This document shows positions 1 to 13,334 of a DNA stretch of 64,000 bases, one piece after another. The notes beneath the pieces were generated by a model. It was not told the DNA's origin. It searched no databases and was given only the letters and a program-made list of their open reading frames with translations. Source of the stretch: Marsupella aquatica (Eukaryota > Plantae > Marchantiophyta); contig OZ316893.1 of NCBI GenBank assembly GCA_973895155.1, positions 14,786,645-14,850,644 on the forward strand. The letters are read 5' to 3'. Position 1 is the stretch's first letter. Every line of letters begins with the position of its first letter. The translations under genes were made by a program, and so were the position numbers.

Positions 1-98
1 ATGGTGGGAGGGCGAAGGGGTTCTCACACTTGTGTTCCCTTTCACCCTTTGTGTGGTCCTCACATGGTTTTTGTTCTCTTTCCCTTCCCCACTCCGTA

Positions 99-442
99 TG
101 TTGAGCATAGACGACATTCGTAACAACAAGCCCATGAACCATCCAACGCACAATAGTCGACACAGAGTGATACGTGGTTCACCTCCACATGAGGCTACGT
201 CCACGGGAACACACAAGAGCTTTACTGCACTCTAGGCCGACCGGCCATACCAAGCATCCACAGCACAAGCTCTCCCTATCTCTCAACTAGCTCCGTAACA
301 ATGAGCCTAAGTTCCACCAGGGTCTGGCATCAGCCCTGGCTATATACACAACAACACTACCGCTAACATTAGCTAAGTCCTAACCCGAGTTAGACTAACT
401 GTGGTTAGCTCATGAGTCACAAGACTAGAGCAATATCTAACA
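99..442 (-). repeat. 3' LTR of Copia element A (344 bp)
   Basis: Runs tgttgagcatag...atatctaaca; near-identical to 21579-21911; adjacent aactcccccttg is a PPT on the - strand. Confidence 0.95.
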
Positions 443-640
443 AACTCCCCCTTGACTCTTGTCTTGGGGACTGGACTAAATGCTACCATATGGAATCCTC
501 AGCGGGAAGTTCTAGACAATCACCAAACCAGGTCTCCCCCTAAAAACCACACGGGTTAACTAAGGGTTAACTAGAATTAAGCCGTAGCCATAACAGGATT
601 GAGTAACTCATATATATAAATCACATCTTGTTAAGTTACT

Positions 641-3075
641 CTACTTGTGCTGCAAATGCAAAACCTGCAAAGTAGCACGGAGTCTTGAGAAACTCTCCAA
701 AGGAATCACTTTGGTAAAGGCATCAGCGGGATTGAGCTTTCCATCAATCTTGACTAGCTCAAAAGTTTTATCAGACACTGCTTGCCTGATAAAATGGTAC
801 CTGATATCAATGTGCTTCACCCTGCTATCCATCACCTGGTTAGCAGCCAAGTGAAGAGCACTTTGACTATCACAATTTAGAGTCATTTTGCCATGCTCTA
901 AACCCATCTCCGCGATCAACTTATCCAACCATTGCTTCCTTTGCTGCTTCTGCTGCTGCAACATACTCTGCTTCTATAGTAGACTGAGAAATGCACTTCT
1001 GCAAGGTAGATTTCCAACTGATACATCCTCCTCCAAGAGTGTATACAAACCCAGTTGTAGACCTCCTTGTATCCAGACAGCCTCCATAGTCAGAATCTAC
1101 ATAGCCAACTAACGTTCTATCTGATCTGTTATCAAATAGTAATCCATAGTCATGTGTTCCCTTCACATACCTGAAAATCCATTTCACAGCTTTCCAGTGT
1201 ACCTTCCCTGGATTTGACATGAATCTGCTAACCTTGCCCATCGCTAGGGCCAAGTCAGGCCTAGTACAAGTCATCAAATACATCAAACTACCTATTGCCT
1301 TCTCATAAGGAATCTTAGTCATCAGACCTTTCTCCACAGCATCTGTAGGAGAGAAAGCCGATGATAACTTGAAATGTGAAGCTAAAGGAACACCCACTGG
1401 CTTACAATTCTCCATGTTGAATCATGCAAGTACTTTCCTCGCATACTGGCCTTGACTCAAGCACAACTGTCCAGTCTCAGAGTTCCTAAAAATCTCCATC
1501 CGTAAGATCCTCTTGGCCTTACCAAGATCCTTCATCCGGAATTCAGCACTCAATTTTGCCTTGAGACTGTCAACCTCAGATTGACCTTTAGCCACAATCA
1601 GCATGTCATCCACATAGATCACCAGAATGATGAAACCAAATACATCATTCTTGACTGATTTCGTATACACACAAGGATCATACACCATCCTTGTAAAACC
1701 TTGAGCAAACATGAAATCATCAAACCGCTTGTTCCACTGTCTGGGAGACTGCTTCAATCCATACAAGGACTTGAGCAATTTGCAAACTAAGTTCTCTTGG
1801 CCCTTTTTCATAAAGCCTAGTGGCTGTCTCATGAAGATCATCTCTTCCAAGTTGCCATAGAGAAAAGCAGTAACAACATCCATCTGATCCATCACCAGAC
1901 CAAAAAACACAACAAGCTGACACAAGATCCGAATTGTGGAATACTTAGCCACCGGTGAAAAGACCTCATTGTAATCCACTCCTTTCTCCTGAGTGAATCC
2001 CTTGGCAACAAGCCTTGCCTTGTAAATCTTATCTCCACCCTCTGAAGGACTATCCTTCAACTTGTAAATCCACTTGCTGTCCACCACTTGTTGACCTCTT
2101 GGAAGCTCCACCAGCTCCCATGTCTTGTTGTCACTCAAAGATTGCAACTCCCTCTCCATTGCTGCATTCCACTCATGCTTCTGCTCTGAAGCACAAGCCT
2201 CACTATACGAAGAAGGCTCTCCTTCTTCCAAGATCAAAGCCATATCATCTTCATCAGGTGCAATGTTAATATCATCTAGCTTAGATGAGTCTGCCCATTG
2301 ACCATACCTGGTAGGAGCTCTAGTAGAACGACTGGAAGTTCTTCTAGTAGATGACTCAGGCTGATCTGCTGCTGCTGCTGGCTGAATTTGAGGTACCCCA
2401 ACAACAATCTGCTCCTCTTGTTCCATCACAGGAACCAACTCCAAGCCTGAAGCTTCTCCATCTCTCCTGTCATGAACAACATCATGACTAATCTCCCCCT
2501 CAACCCGGTTCGGGATGGGAGATTTCCCCTTGTCAGTATGGGAGTCCTGAGAACTCTCCCCCTCCTTTGATGATCTGGATTCATTAAAGGACACATCTCT
2601 ACTAACAATTAGTTTACAGGTTACTGGATCCCATAACCTATAACCCTTCATACCTTTCTGATAGCCAAGGAAAATGCACTTCTTTGACTTGGACTCCAGC
2701 TTGGATCGAAGCTGGGAAGGTGTAAGCACATAAGCATCACATCCAAAAATCCTCAGATGTGAGTAATCTGTTGGACACCCGTACCTCATTTCAAATAGCA
2801 TCTTGAATCCAATAAAACTGGATGGAGAAAAATTTACCAAATAAGCTGCAGTGTTGACAGCTTCAGCCCAAAACTCATGTGGTAAGCATGATTGACTCAA
2901 CATACTCCTTGAGCGGTCCAATAGTGTTCGGTTGAGTCTCTCAGAAACACCATTCTGCTGAGGAGTATAACTTGTTGTGAGATGGCGGGTAATCCCCTGC
3001 TCCTTACAATACGTTCCAAATTCCCTGGAACTGTATTCACCGCCGTTATCCGATCGAAGATATCTCACCTTATTA
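641..3075 (-). pseudogene. Copia pol 3' part (integrase core, RT, RNase H) with a premature stop at 1422 and a frameshift near 960
   Basis: RSDNGGEY, TPQQNGVSER, YKARLVAKGF, YGLKQSPRQW, IYVDDMLI, GYVDSDY, KHIDIRYHFIR. Confidence 0.95.
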
Positions 3076-3079
3076 CACT

Positions 3080-3625
3080 ACTACTATTTGCCAATTTTGC
3101 GAAGGCATTTTATAAGAGGAAGAAAGCTTTGCAATATTAATCTCATCGCTAAACTTGCGATACGACACGCATCGTACTTAGCGAATCTATCCACATCGCA
3201 ACACATAATTGCGAAACTCACACAATTGCAATATTTTACGACACTTCACGTATCGCAAAACATTTTTGAAGTAATTATCAAATGTTGAACAATTTAGCGA
3301 TCTTTACCGCTTCACAAATTCATTGCGATGTGCCGGACAAATAAACAGTTGCGAATATTTTAGCATCTCAAAATGTTTTCCGAGTCTTATTGTCTCGCAA
3401 ATGAGCGATGTCTACGGAATGGCTAACTTGCGATAGTAATAGGCTCGCAAATCCTGTGCCTGTGTAGGGTCTCATTTTGCGAATGTTTTGGTTTCGCAAC
3501 CTTGAGAGCATGGTATCTTCGGAAGTTTGCGATGAGTTCATGATGGCAATTAGCGAGCATTTCAATATCGCAAAGTTAGCGATGAGTTTGCGGGGGTAGG
3601 GGTTTCACAAGATGTTTCGCAAAAT
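3080..3625. repeat. CACTA left subterminal repeat cluster (TTGCGA/TCGCAA in both orientations)
   Basis: Many ttgcga/tcgcaa occurrences next to the TIR; mirrored at 17770-18290. Confidence 0.8.
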
Positions 3626-4270
3626 ATTATGAGCGCTTCAAAGAGGTGGAAAAGGAATGGGATTGGGGAGGAAGGGTAAAGGAGGGAGGATACATGTAAT
3701 TTTTAGGGAGGGACAATGAAAAGGAGGAGGAAGGGAATGGGGCTAGGAGGGACAAGGAACGGAGGGATCCAAGGGGGAGGATACAGGTTTAGGGGGCACA
3801 AGGAAATGAGGGAGGAGGAAGGGTATGTAGATATAGTTTTAGGGAGGGTTTGGATTTAGGGAGTGAAAATAAAAAGGAGGGAGTTTAGGGTTTAGAGAGG
3901 GACAAGGAAAGGAGGGAGGGTATTGGTTTAGAGAGGGACAAGGAAATGAGGGAGGTTTAAGGGTATAGGTTTAGGAGGGAGGTGAGAAGCTAGGTTGTAT
4001 AGGTAAGAGTGGGGGACAGGGGTGGAAAGTAAGGAAAGTATAGGGTTGAAATAGAAAGGGGTTGGGACAAGGAGAGGAAGGAGGAAGGAGGGTTTAATAA
4101 GAGGGACAGACAATGAAAGAAAGGAGGAGGGAGGTGGGTACAAGTAATAAGGAGAACGGCTAGGGGGGGATTAGGAAAGCATGGAGGATAGAGGACTACA
4201 AGCAACATGAGTTTTCTTTGCATAAAGTCTACCAAAAGGTGGTTTGAGTGTGGGGTAGGGATGGGAGATA
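3590..4270. repeat. Purine-rich low-complexity tract (G/A on +) with scattered tttaggg-like words
   Basis: Direct base composition. Confidence 0.7.
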
Positions 4271-4425
4271 TAGAAAACAACATTTGAAAATGATATACTT
4301 ACAAAACATAAGTTTATTGATAATTGAGAAGCACATATTTCTCCATTCTACCGAGAAGAGAAATCTTCATATCATCAAATCTAACTATATATCCGTGTAG
4401 CTATATATCCACAAACACAGAGCCC

Positions 4426-6854
4426 TCAAACTTGGTCCTCATCATCTTCAGGTTGGGACACAACCAGAATATCAGGCTTTTCCCCAACGATTGAACGAGA
4501 CCGTGGCACATATGTGATGACAAGTGACCATTCCTCTGGGTTTGGGGGGTATGGAATACAGAAACATTGTTCTACATGACTTGGAAAAGTGAACGGCTCT
4601 GATGTTTGCCAATGACATGGCTGGAAACTAGTGGCAGACGTCTTCAGTCGTGTAAATCCACACTCATCTTGAACCACAGTAGGATTGTTACCTACAAGGT
4701 TCACTTTGAACCACTTGCACTTGAAGACATACTCTTCAAACTTTGATTGTGCATCATAAGATATCACTAGAATCTCTTCTATCTTTCCATAATGTGACAC
4801 AACATCTCGAATAATATTTGTGTCATGGCGACTGCTGCGGGAATCAGAGAATTGTCCTTGAACTCCACAATCAAAGGTACGACCCCTCTTCTCATCAAGG
4901 GAAGAAATCCTAAAATCCATCAAACCATAAGGATATGTTACACAAAAATAGACACAAACATATTCCAATTAATGGAACACACCAAGAATCTGCCTCTTCA
5001 ATATATGTGCTTGTATTACAAATGAATTAAATTAAACCAAGTGATTCAAATCAAAGGTTACTAAGGTAGATGGAGATCACCTGAAATGTCTTCCTTGTGT
5101 CCACATTGCTATCCTTGTTGTAACCACTCTCAAGGGACCATGAACAATGGTACGAACATCATCTGTGATAGCTGGAAAATGTAATACACTCTCTCCCCTG
5201 ACCACCATGTCATCCACCTCAACTAACTTCTCCTTCATATAGTCAAGGTACTTTGGAAAAATCCTTGGTCTTGTGCTGTTACTTTTGGCATCCTCATAGA
5301 AATCCCTCCATTCTTCCATCATAGTGTTGTTACTCAACATGAATGTGGTCAGTTGTTTCACCTCCACTGGTATCAACATGCGAGTTTTCCTAGCACCTGT
5401 TAAACGATCCTCTTCATCTTCCCTCTTCTCTACCCAAGTACGGGGAGAGGTACAATCAATTGTGGCCAATATGTTACTACAATAGAACATACTCTCAACT
5501 GCTAAGTATCATGTAGCCATGCTTCCCTCAACCCGTGCACGGTTACGTACATAACCTTTTAACATTGCCATGTATCGTTCTAGCCAATACATCCACCAAC
5601 AATGCACAGGACCTGCAATGGCCACCTCATGAACAAGATGAACAAGTAAATGCACTTGATAGTTAAAAAAGGAAGGAGGAAGGGCCTTCTCCAACTTGCA
5701 TACCACCTCTGTTGCCAAAACCTCCATCCCAGGGATCTCGTCAGTATATATCTCCTTAGAGCATACCCATCTCAATAGTTTTCCCAATGACCAAAGGGCA
5801 TCTTGCACTTCTTCACTTGCCAAACCTATTATGGCCACAGGCAATATGTGCTGCAATAACCTATGGTAGTCATGTGTCTTGAGATACCTTGGCCACTTAT
5901 GATTGTCCTCCATCCCAAAGGCCTTTCGGAGATTGGCACCATAACCAGTAGGAAACTGCATGTCTCCTATGCGATTCCGAAACTCCCTTCTCTGGCCAAC
6001 AGGAAGCACCCATGGAGCTGAAGGTCGATGCTCGATCCCTGTGACAGGATCACTTATGACCCACACGTCTGGATGCATCTCAAGATCCTCACAAGCCTCC
6101 CTGAAGTTAGTGTCTTTCTCTCCATAGAAAGCCTTTATCAAAGCCTTTCCCACATTTCCCTCAATGTGCATGGGGTCTAATAGATGGCGGATCTTCAACT
6201 CACCCCAATAGGGCAAAGTGGTTAATATACTCCACCTTGTCAAGCCACTACCCTCAAATTGCATGGGATCCTCTGGGTCTGCCACTCTTGCAGCCATGTC
6301 TTTCCAGTGTGTAAAAGTTGTTGGCTCAGGTACATCACGCTCGTCACCAAAGGGCATATCAATAGAGGAAAATAGTAGCGGGTCACGCCTCATCTGATGT
6401 CCCATTGGAAGAAACTTTGTATGCCCAAGATAAACAATCTTGCAAAGATGTGATGAATACTTGGCTACATCACCAAGGCTTGGGCCACAAGTGGAGCAAG
6501 CCTTGTAGCCTTGGGTTTGCAACCCACTCACAAAGCCAAATCCTGGTCATATAAACACACATTATGTTAGGATTAGCACATGGAAATGAGGGGATACCAT
6601 GCATTAGAATATGATGCATTTAAACAACAAAGTTCTTACCTGGGTAGTCATGCATGGTCCACATACAAACCCCTTTCAGTTTGAAAACCCGTGGGGTACC
6701 CCCTGTAGTCTTTCGACCATCATATGCCCATACTCCTTCCCATAATTTCTAGAGTTCCTGAACCAGTAATGTCAAATAGGTGTCCATGTTCTTCACCTTC
6801 TTTGGCCCTGGGATAATCAAAGATAGCAACAAAAAACACTTTTTCATGGACAAC
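4426..6854 (-). pseudogene. CACTA transposase (TnpD/Tnp2), 3' exons: Transposase_21 C-terminal part and DUF4218/DUF4216-like regions
   Basis: SMKKCFLLLSLIIPGPK, WTMHDYP, SGLQTQGYKACSTCG, RHLLDPMHIEGNV, LKTHDYH, HLLVHL, WMYWLERYM, FKCKWF, EPFTFPSHVEQCF; GT-AG introns near 6545-6640 and 4910-5080; premature stops. Confidence 0.9.
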
Positions 6855-9800
6855 TGTCACCTGCTCATCAAACGATTTACACGACAAATACGGTATTTAC
6901 TCATACTAAAATCGTTTGTTATCGTATGACGGGAACGTGGAGGGACGCTATTAGGATTCTATTGCATGTAGGATGAGTATGTTTATTTCCGCTCCCAAAA
7001 ATGTAGTTTTTGATCAAGTCTACCGACTAGTCCCGCTACTTTTGATCAAGTCCCATGGACTACGCCACACACACACTCCTACTGGTCGCTGGTGGAGTGC
7101 TGTCACCACCCCTACTCACATGGTCAACCAATCCGTGCAAGTACTCTTTAGACACTTCTTGGGGAAAGAACACAGTCGTGAACCCGAAAAAATAACGCCA
7201 CACCTAAACTTGAGGAATCAAACCAAATCCATATCTTTTGGCAAAACGTCGTAACACATTGCAAGGACAACCCGGCCTCTTGCCGTCTGCCCAACTACTG
7301 CCTCACCGGGGCAAGTGTTACACCTCTACCTCACTACTCTGGCTTGATTCCCCCTTCTGGCTATGAGCTAACTTCCCTAAGCAAACACTAGACTAAGTTC
7401 CCCCCCACTACTCCGGGGCTCTCCCCCTAAATACCAAAAACACACCAAGGCACCCCTCCCGGGGCCACAATGATGGCGGCCTACCCTAGCAGTGCCGCTA
7501 AACCCTCCACTAAGAAACCTCTAAACTAAAACCATGTGGCACACACATGCTTCTAAACCCTAAACTAAAAATAGGGCCGACGATGCCTTCGACGGCGCCC
7601 CAACATTGCTCCGTGAACCATGAAATTGCAAGGAACCCCACAATGGCCGAAATTAGGCGCCCTTCCACTTGCACTTATGAGTTCACCCCTAGATAGCTCT
7701 CCTCCTCATGATAATGAATCACTCAACCGCTCTTGAAACGGACAACGGACGACCAAGTTATGGTCGTTTTAGTATCCCGTAAACCCAACTTCGTCGGGCC
7801 CTAACTTGCTCATCCTAGCTCCGTTTGAGGAGCGCTGCCTCTTGTTGGAATCAGCTCCGCGAGCTCTTTCCAACAAGCCCGTGAGTGACCCCTCACAAAA
7901 AAGTTGGAAAGTCAAGGGGCCGTACAACCACGTCCGTACGACCACTCTAATCCTCCTCCTCTTCACTCACGGTGCCCTGGCTTGAGCCCCGTGAGTGGGC
8001 CTCCTCATCACTCTCCACTAGAGTGAGTGCCACTTCACTCCTCTTTTGCTTTACTGGGGTACTCCTTGTGCTAGTGCTCCCCTGCTTTCTCAAATTGGCC
8101 AAGGCCTGCCACACCTTAATGTACCCCTCACCAATGGTGTCCTTCCATAAGGCCGCCTCTTCACCGGACAGCAACTCCAACGGTAAAACCTGCCCGGTGG
8201 CCATGGGAGTCCCAGGGGTGACAGATCGGGGTGGCATCCCCGTGTTGACCTGAGCTTCTCGTAAAGATTTACGTACCTCCCTGAGCTTTTTCTCTAAGCC
8301 CTTGCTCTTCTCTTGGCTCTTCTTGGCTGCATCCAACAGGGGTCCATACTTCCCACTGACTTCCTTCACCACCATCTCAATGGCCTTGGAGATCAAATCC
8401 GGGAAAAGTGTGGAGCTAGGTGTGCAGGGGCTCTTCCGTTTCCCCAGACTCAAGGCCTCACTCCTCTTAGCCCTTGTCTCAAAGATCACCATTTGACTCC
8501 GTAGTGCTCCCACCTGGGCTCTTAACTCCACCACTTCTCCAGAATTCTGCTTCTCGTTGGCCAATGCCTGTTTCAATACTCCAACCTCTTCCACTTCCTT
8601 GGCCTTGATGGACAAGGCTCCCTTCAAGTTGGAGATCTCTTCGTGAGCTGCTTGGAGGAGTTTAACCTTCTCATGAATGGCCTCCTCCTTGGCCTTGATC
8701 ACCTCCTTCATAGACAGGGCACTCTGCTCCAAAGTCTCTACTCTGGCGGTGGCCTGCTTGAGAGAATCTCTCAATGCGTGGACTAGCTTGAGTCCCTCAT
8801 GGACTCCCTCCCGGAAATCCCGTAACTCCGCCAGGTAGACATCAGGAATACCGTAGACCAGGGGCTCCTCCGGATTTCCCACAAGTGATTCAAGCCACTC
8901 CATTGTGGAGTCCTCATCCTGGTTTTCTTCCTCTCTATTATCATCCCCAACCGCCGACGATGATCCCTCCATTAGTTTCCCCAAGATGGTAGTGGCAATA
9001 CTCCTAATTTCCGTGGTAAGGGATGATCCAGTGTCTTCCTGTCCCAGGGAAACAATCCACCTTTTTGCTCTGGCTAGCAAAAATGACCCCATCAAATGTA
9101 CAGCCCCACCTGGTTTCACACTCCCGGGATCGGCGTCCAATAGCTTCTTCAACCCGTAGTACCACCATCCGTACACATGATTGGGCTGGATAGTTCTTGA
9201 TGTCCATAGCTACCACAAAATGCTCTCCATTCACCACCCCGGATTGCACATTACCAAGGACCCGTTGATGAACCTTGGCTAGAAATCCCTTGTGCTCAGC
9301 ATCCTTGACGGCGGAAAGAGGAATGGAAGTAGTGGAGGTGGGATTAATCACCCAACCGACCACCATTGTCAATGTGAGTTCTCCCCTTATGTTCCGAGGT
9401 GTGAATGAGAATTGCTGGTTCTCCAGAAACAGAAGCTTAGCTAACTCCATATGGGGCACTACCCGTTGGAGATATTCAAAGTAGATTCCTTCCGTACGTA
9501 ACTCCATCCCGACCCAATGTTCCAACTCTTCCCCGAAGGGATTGTAATCTCCACCTTCATGAACTCCGTGAGCCTGGTGGCTTGAAAAATATTCCTACAA
9601 TCCTCCATCACCTTGGCGGAGGTTTTGGGATAAATTCGACGAAAAACCTTCCTCATAACTAGTGCTGGACTTGCTGCCGGTCCAGTACTCATCGTAGCGT
9701 CTCTCTCTTCTCTCTCTCTTGCAATCAATGTCCCAACGTAGTCACGGTAAGCAGCCTTGTATCTCCGAATGTGTGCCGCACTAAACTCCGGTTGATCCAG

Positions 9801-11210
9801 CATCCATGCATCCAAAAATCAAATCCTCAATCACCAAATCCCATCAACCGTAGCAATGTCAATTCCCTGGCCCGAAGCGGCCCCCGTATCCCGATCAATC
9901 AATTACTCTCAATTCCCTCAGAAGCCACTCCGTGCTGCTGCCGCTAATGCCCGGAAGAATCACGCCACCAAGCCCCACCAATCTACCATGAGAGAGAGAG
10001 CTTCAAAAATAATTAGAATGTGGAGAGAGCTCGGCAATGAGAGAACTTGCTTTCGGCAGAGTAAGAAGTCGCAAAGAGAAGGGAGGGAGAGAAAAAAATG
10101 AATACAAAGGAAAGGGAAGTAAACCCCTTTCTTCACCCTCCTCATTGAGTTTTTTCTCCCGGCTCCCCTCACGCCATGCGCCCCGGCTCGCGGCCCTATG
10201 AAGGGCTCGCGTATGCCGACACGCGGCCCTCCTCATCGACGTCCCCGCACCTCGCTGCAGGCGCCCAGTCCTCCAAGGCCGGGGGAATTTAATTCCCCCC
10301 TACTCGCAGCCCCTCATGCGGGCCCTTCCCATGGGAGCTTAATTGCCCCCCCCACTTCACGATCTTCTCCTCCCGGCTGTGCCCCGGCTCGCCTCTCGCC
10401 CCAGCTTGCCTCGCGCCTCGCTCGACTCACCTGGGCTCGCCCACTCGCGGGCTCCTCCCAGCTCCGGCACCCCGCCCGGTACCTCCTGGCTCCCCACAAG
10501 CCATGCGCCCCGGCTCGCGCCCTCTGGCTCGGGTTCTGCTGGTGGGCTCGCAGCCCTATGCAGGGCTTGCTCCCTCCTTGCGGTACCCTCTTTACTCGTG
10601 GAGCCCCGCTTAGCACCCTCGCCCCGGCTGCGCTGCGCTTTCTCCCCCTCGCTGCTGCATCTACTTGCGGCTGCGGCTGGTGGGCTTGCGGCCCTCCGTT
10701 TGTTCACTCGTGGGGCCCCTTTTAAGAGGGCTCCTTGAGAGGGGTTTAATGCCCCCCAACTCCTTCTCGCCATGCGCCCCGACTGACCTCCGTGACCCGG
10801 CTTACCTCATGGAGATGCCAGGTGGCGTCCACAGGGGCTGCCCCGTATGGACCCCTTTACTCCAAAAACTTTTAACCTCTCAAAAGAACTCATTCTCTTC
10901 TTTTGGCCCTTGTTGTGGTTATACCCATTTAACCCCAAAAAGAAAAGTTCACCTCTTGGACTTATAGGGGGAACCTGACAATGGTTCAAGCAAAATGGCA
11001 AGGCCACCTTTTTGCCCCCCCCTCCAGGTTGCCATGACCATTTAGAACAATTCTGAGAAGGACATAAAGTAAAGTCCTCTTGCAGCACCTACTTGAAAGG
11101 ACAGAATTAATGCAAAAAATTTTAAAAATGGCTTATTTACATTGATTATTTACATGGCACAATCGAGTAAACAATTATTGAAGATTTTTAGTAACGGGAG
11201 CCCCGTCACA
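6855..11210. mobile_element. 4356-bp insertion with TG..CA ends and a 5-bp TSD; probable giant solo LTR of a Gypsy-type element
   Basis: ACAAC TSD at 6850-6854 and 11211-11215; splits the transposase exactly at NYNLPPWL|SMKK; no gag/pol; 6855-8010 recurs inverted at about 22862-24037. Confidence 0.8.
7947..9815 (-). pseudogene. Frameshifted ~620-aa frame of unknown function with a coiled-coil C-terminal half, inside the TG..CA insertion
   Basis: Three overlapping ORFs (9459-9815, 9004-9525, 7947-9176) read as one protein-like sequence; heptad-rich E/K/A/L stretch; ends in EEEED*. Confidence 0.6.
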
Positions 11211-12179
11211 ACAACCATGGTGGAAGGTTGTAATTCATGAGAACCACAAGCCAGACCGATGTAGGTCTCCCCTTCCCTCCAAGTGAATGAGGGCTAACTC
11301 CATCTGATGCCAACCCCAGTCGCAAATGCCGAGGGTCACGCTCAAAATCTGGCCATGTTGATTCCACATGTTTATGAGCAGGAGAGTCAACTGGTAATCG
11401 CATGACATCGGGCTCCGAATGATGTTTCTTGTGCCATACCATCAACTCGGCCAAGTCAGAACATCTATACATCTGCAACAAGCGAGGAATTATGGGGAAC
11501 CAACGAACTGCTTTCCTTGGTACCTTCTGGGTTAGCATGTTTGGCTCATACCGTGGCTCATGACACACTGTACATTATGTGATATGGGTTGTATCCCCGT
11601 GAAATAACATGCAATCATTCACACAGGCATGAATAATATGGTAATCCATGCCAATGGATGAGAGAACCTTCTTTGCATCCTTCCAAGTCCCTGGCAACAC
11701 ATTCTCCGAGGGTAACATCAAGTCATGACAATATTCAAATATGTATGATAACATAGAATTGCTTGCCTTGTGTGTTTGGCTTGAATGTTCAAGAGCCCCA
11801 ATATGGCAGAAAGACGGCTCAACCGAGCACCCTCAAAAATAGGTGTTCGAGCATGTTCCTCTGCCTCTTTCCATTGTTGTTGTCCCTCTAGAGTATGTTA
11901 TGGCCGTGGGTCATTTGAAGGGCCAGCCTCATGACCAATGTGAGGCACATCATCCTCAACATCGGCACCAAACCAATCAACCATGAAGTCATCCATGGCT
12001 CTATCTTGATCATGCATGACCTGGTCATCAGTCCGAGGTGCAGCTTGCTCATCAGCACCACCTACATCATTACTTGATGAGGAATCACCCTCTGATGGTT
12101 GTCCCTCTTCTGGCATACCCATCTCCCAATATGTTGCTCTCAACCTTCGTGGTAACATTTGTTGAGATGGTTGCGCATT
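11211..12179 (-). pseudogene. CACTA transposase 5' exon (Transposase_21 N-terminal half)
   Basis: AG acceptor at 12180-12181; GMDYHIIHACVNDCMLF, CHEPRY, RWFPIIPRL, RHLRLGLASDGVSP, NYNLPPW; stops and a frameshift. Confidence 0.9.
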
Positions 12180-12392
12180 CTATGCACATTACAACCAAAA
12201 AACCTCCTCATGTATATTTGACCAAGTACAACAAATTAAAATAGACTTAACACCATTCATTCAAGACATTAACAATTAAAGTAAATGCATGGGCTAAAAC
12301 CTTATTACTCCAAAATGAGCCCAAAGGCCATATATATATAATAGTAAATGGGAAGTCCAAAACAGGTGCAAGAGGATAAAGGACATGATTTC

Positions 12393-13223
12393 CTAATCCC
12401 ACTCATAGTGTGTGAATAACTCATCTCCTGCTCTAATGGTCCTAGTAGCAAGAACTAAGCAATGGTCCTTATGATATGTCGTGCCATATGGTGCCGGCAT
12501 TGGACCATCAGTAAAAACCCACTCACAATTGGCCCTACGCTTGGGCCGAGTCCCCACAGTACTATTTATGAAACCAACAATATTCCCATTACGTATGGGA
12601 TCACCGTCTATCACCCGCTGCTCACTATACCTTCTAGTGCTACCATCAAAAGTATCCATCTCTAGAGCATATGTTTTCCACTCAGGATGTTGTGCAAGGA
12701 TCATGTTCCAATGTCTTCTCTTGTAGATGGGTCCACCGTATGGGAACAAAGTAGGACCATCTCTACCACGAACACTTGACCCACCCTCCTCATCCATGAT
12801 GATATCCTCACAAGCAAATACTCCATATCCATGTCTCTCTCCAAGTGTGGAAGTTTTCACAATCCAACGTCTACCCCAAACCACAATCTCCTCATCAAAA
12901 TCTGTAAAATAAGGCAAGCCAAGAGTGATAGGTTCCCAATCCTTGATGATAGAGGCACACTTGCCAGTGAATGAACAAACACCCCACCTACCCTGAACTA
13001 GTGTTCTGGATGGGTCATTGGGTGCTCGTGGCCTCCTGTTGGACGGGGGCCTGGACCGGGGTCTTCATGTCTCAGTGGGCACATGAGGGTGTTCCCCTTC
13101 TGTCCCATGACTGGTACTGATTCCCAAACCCAAGGCTTGTGAAAGTGCATTGCCTATAGCATCTAAAACTCCTTGTGATGGGACATAGGGTGGTGATGTC
13201 ACCAATCTACGCATACTGGATCC
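12393..13223 (-). CDS. SET-domain protein exon within the CACTA element (one TGA at 13065-13067 upstream of the SET domain)
   Basis: STLGERHGYGVFACEDI...PYGG...IDGDPIRNGNIVGFINST...ANC...LATRTIRAGDELFTHY match SET motifs GxGVFA, (R)FINHS-like and GEELxxxY; phase-0 AG acceptor at 13224-13225. Confidence 0.8.
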
Positions 13224-13334
13224 CTATTCCATGCAAACACCCACAAACAACCAAATGTGTAAACCATATGTGTAAACATTGATTCACCTCTAAAAATAAC
13301 AGTAAAGAACGACAATCAATTGAAACAAACTTAC

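Noticed and set aside
3590-4270. Interstitial telomere
   Set aside because: Only scattered tttaggg words in a purine-rich tract; no tandem TTTAGGG array
10003-10967. Several overlapping ORFs on both strands
   Set aside because: GC-rich, low-complexity LTR-like sequence with few stops; no recognisable domains
13065-13067. Programmed readthrough, selenocysteine or editing of the TGA upstream of SET
   Set aside because: More simply a CGA-to-TGA mutation in an Arg/Pro-rich linker, like the other stops in the element
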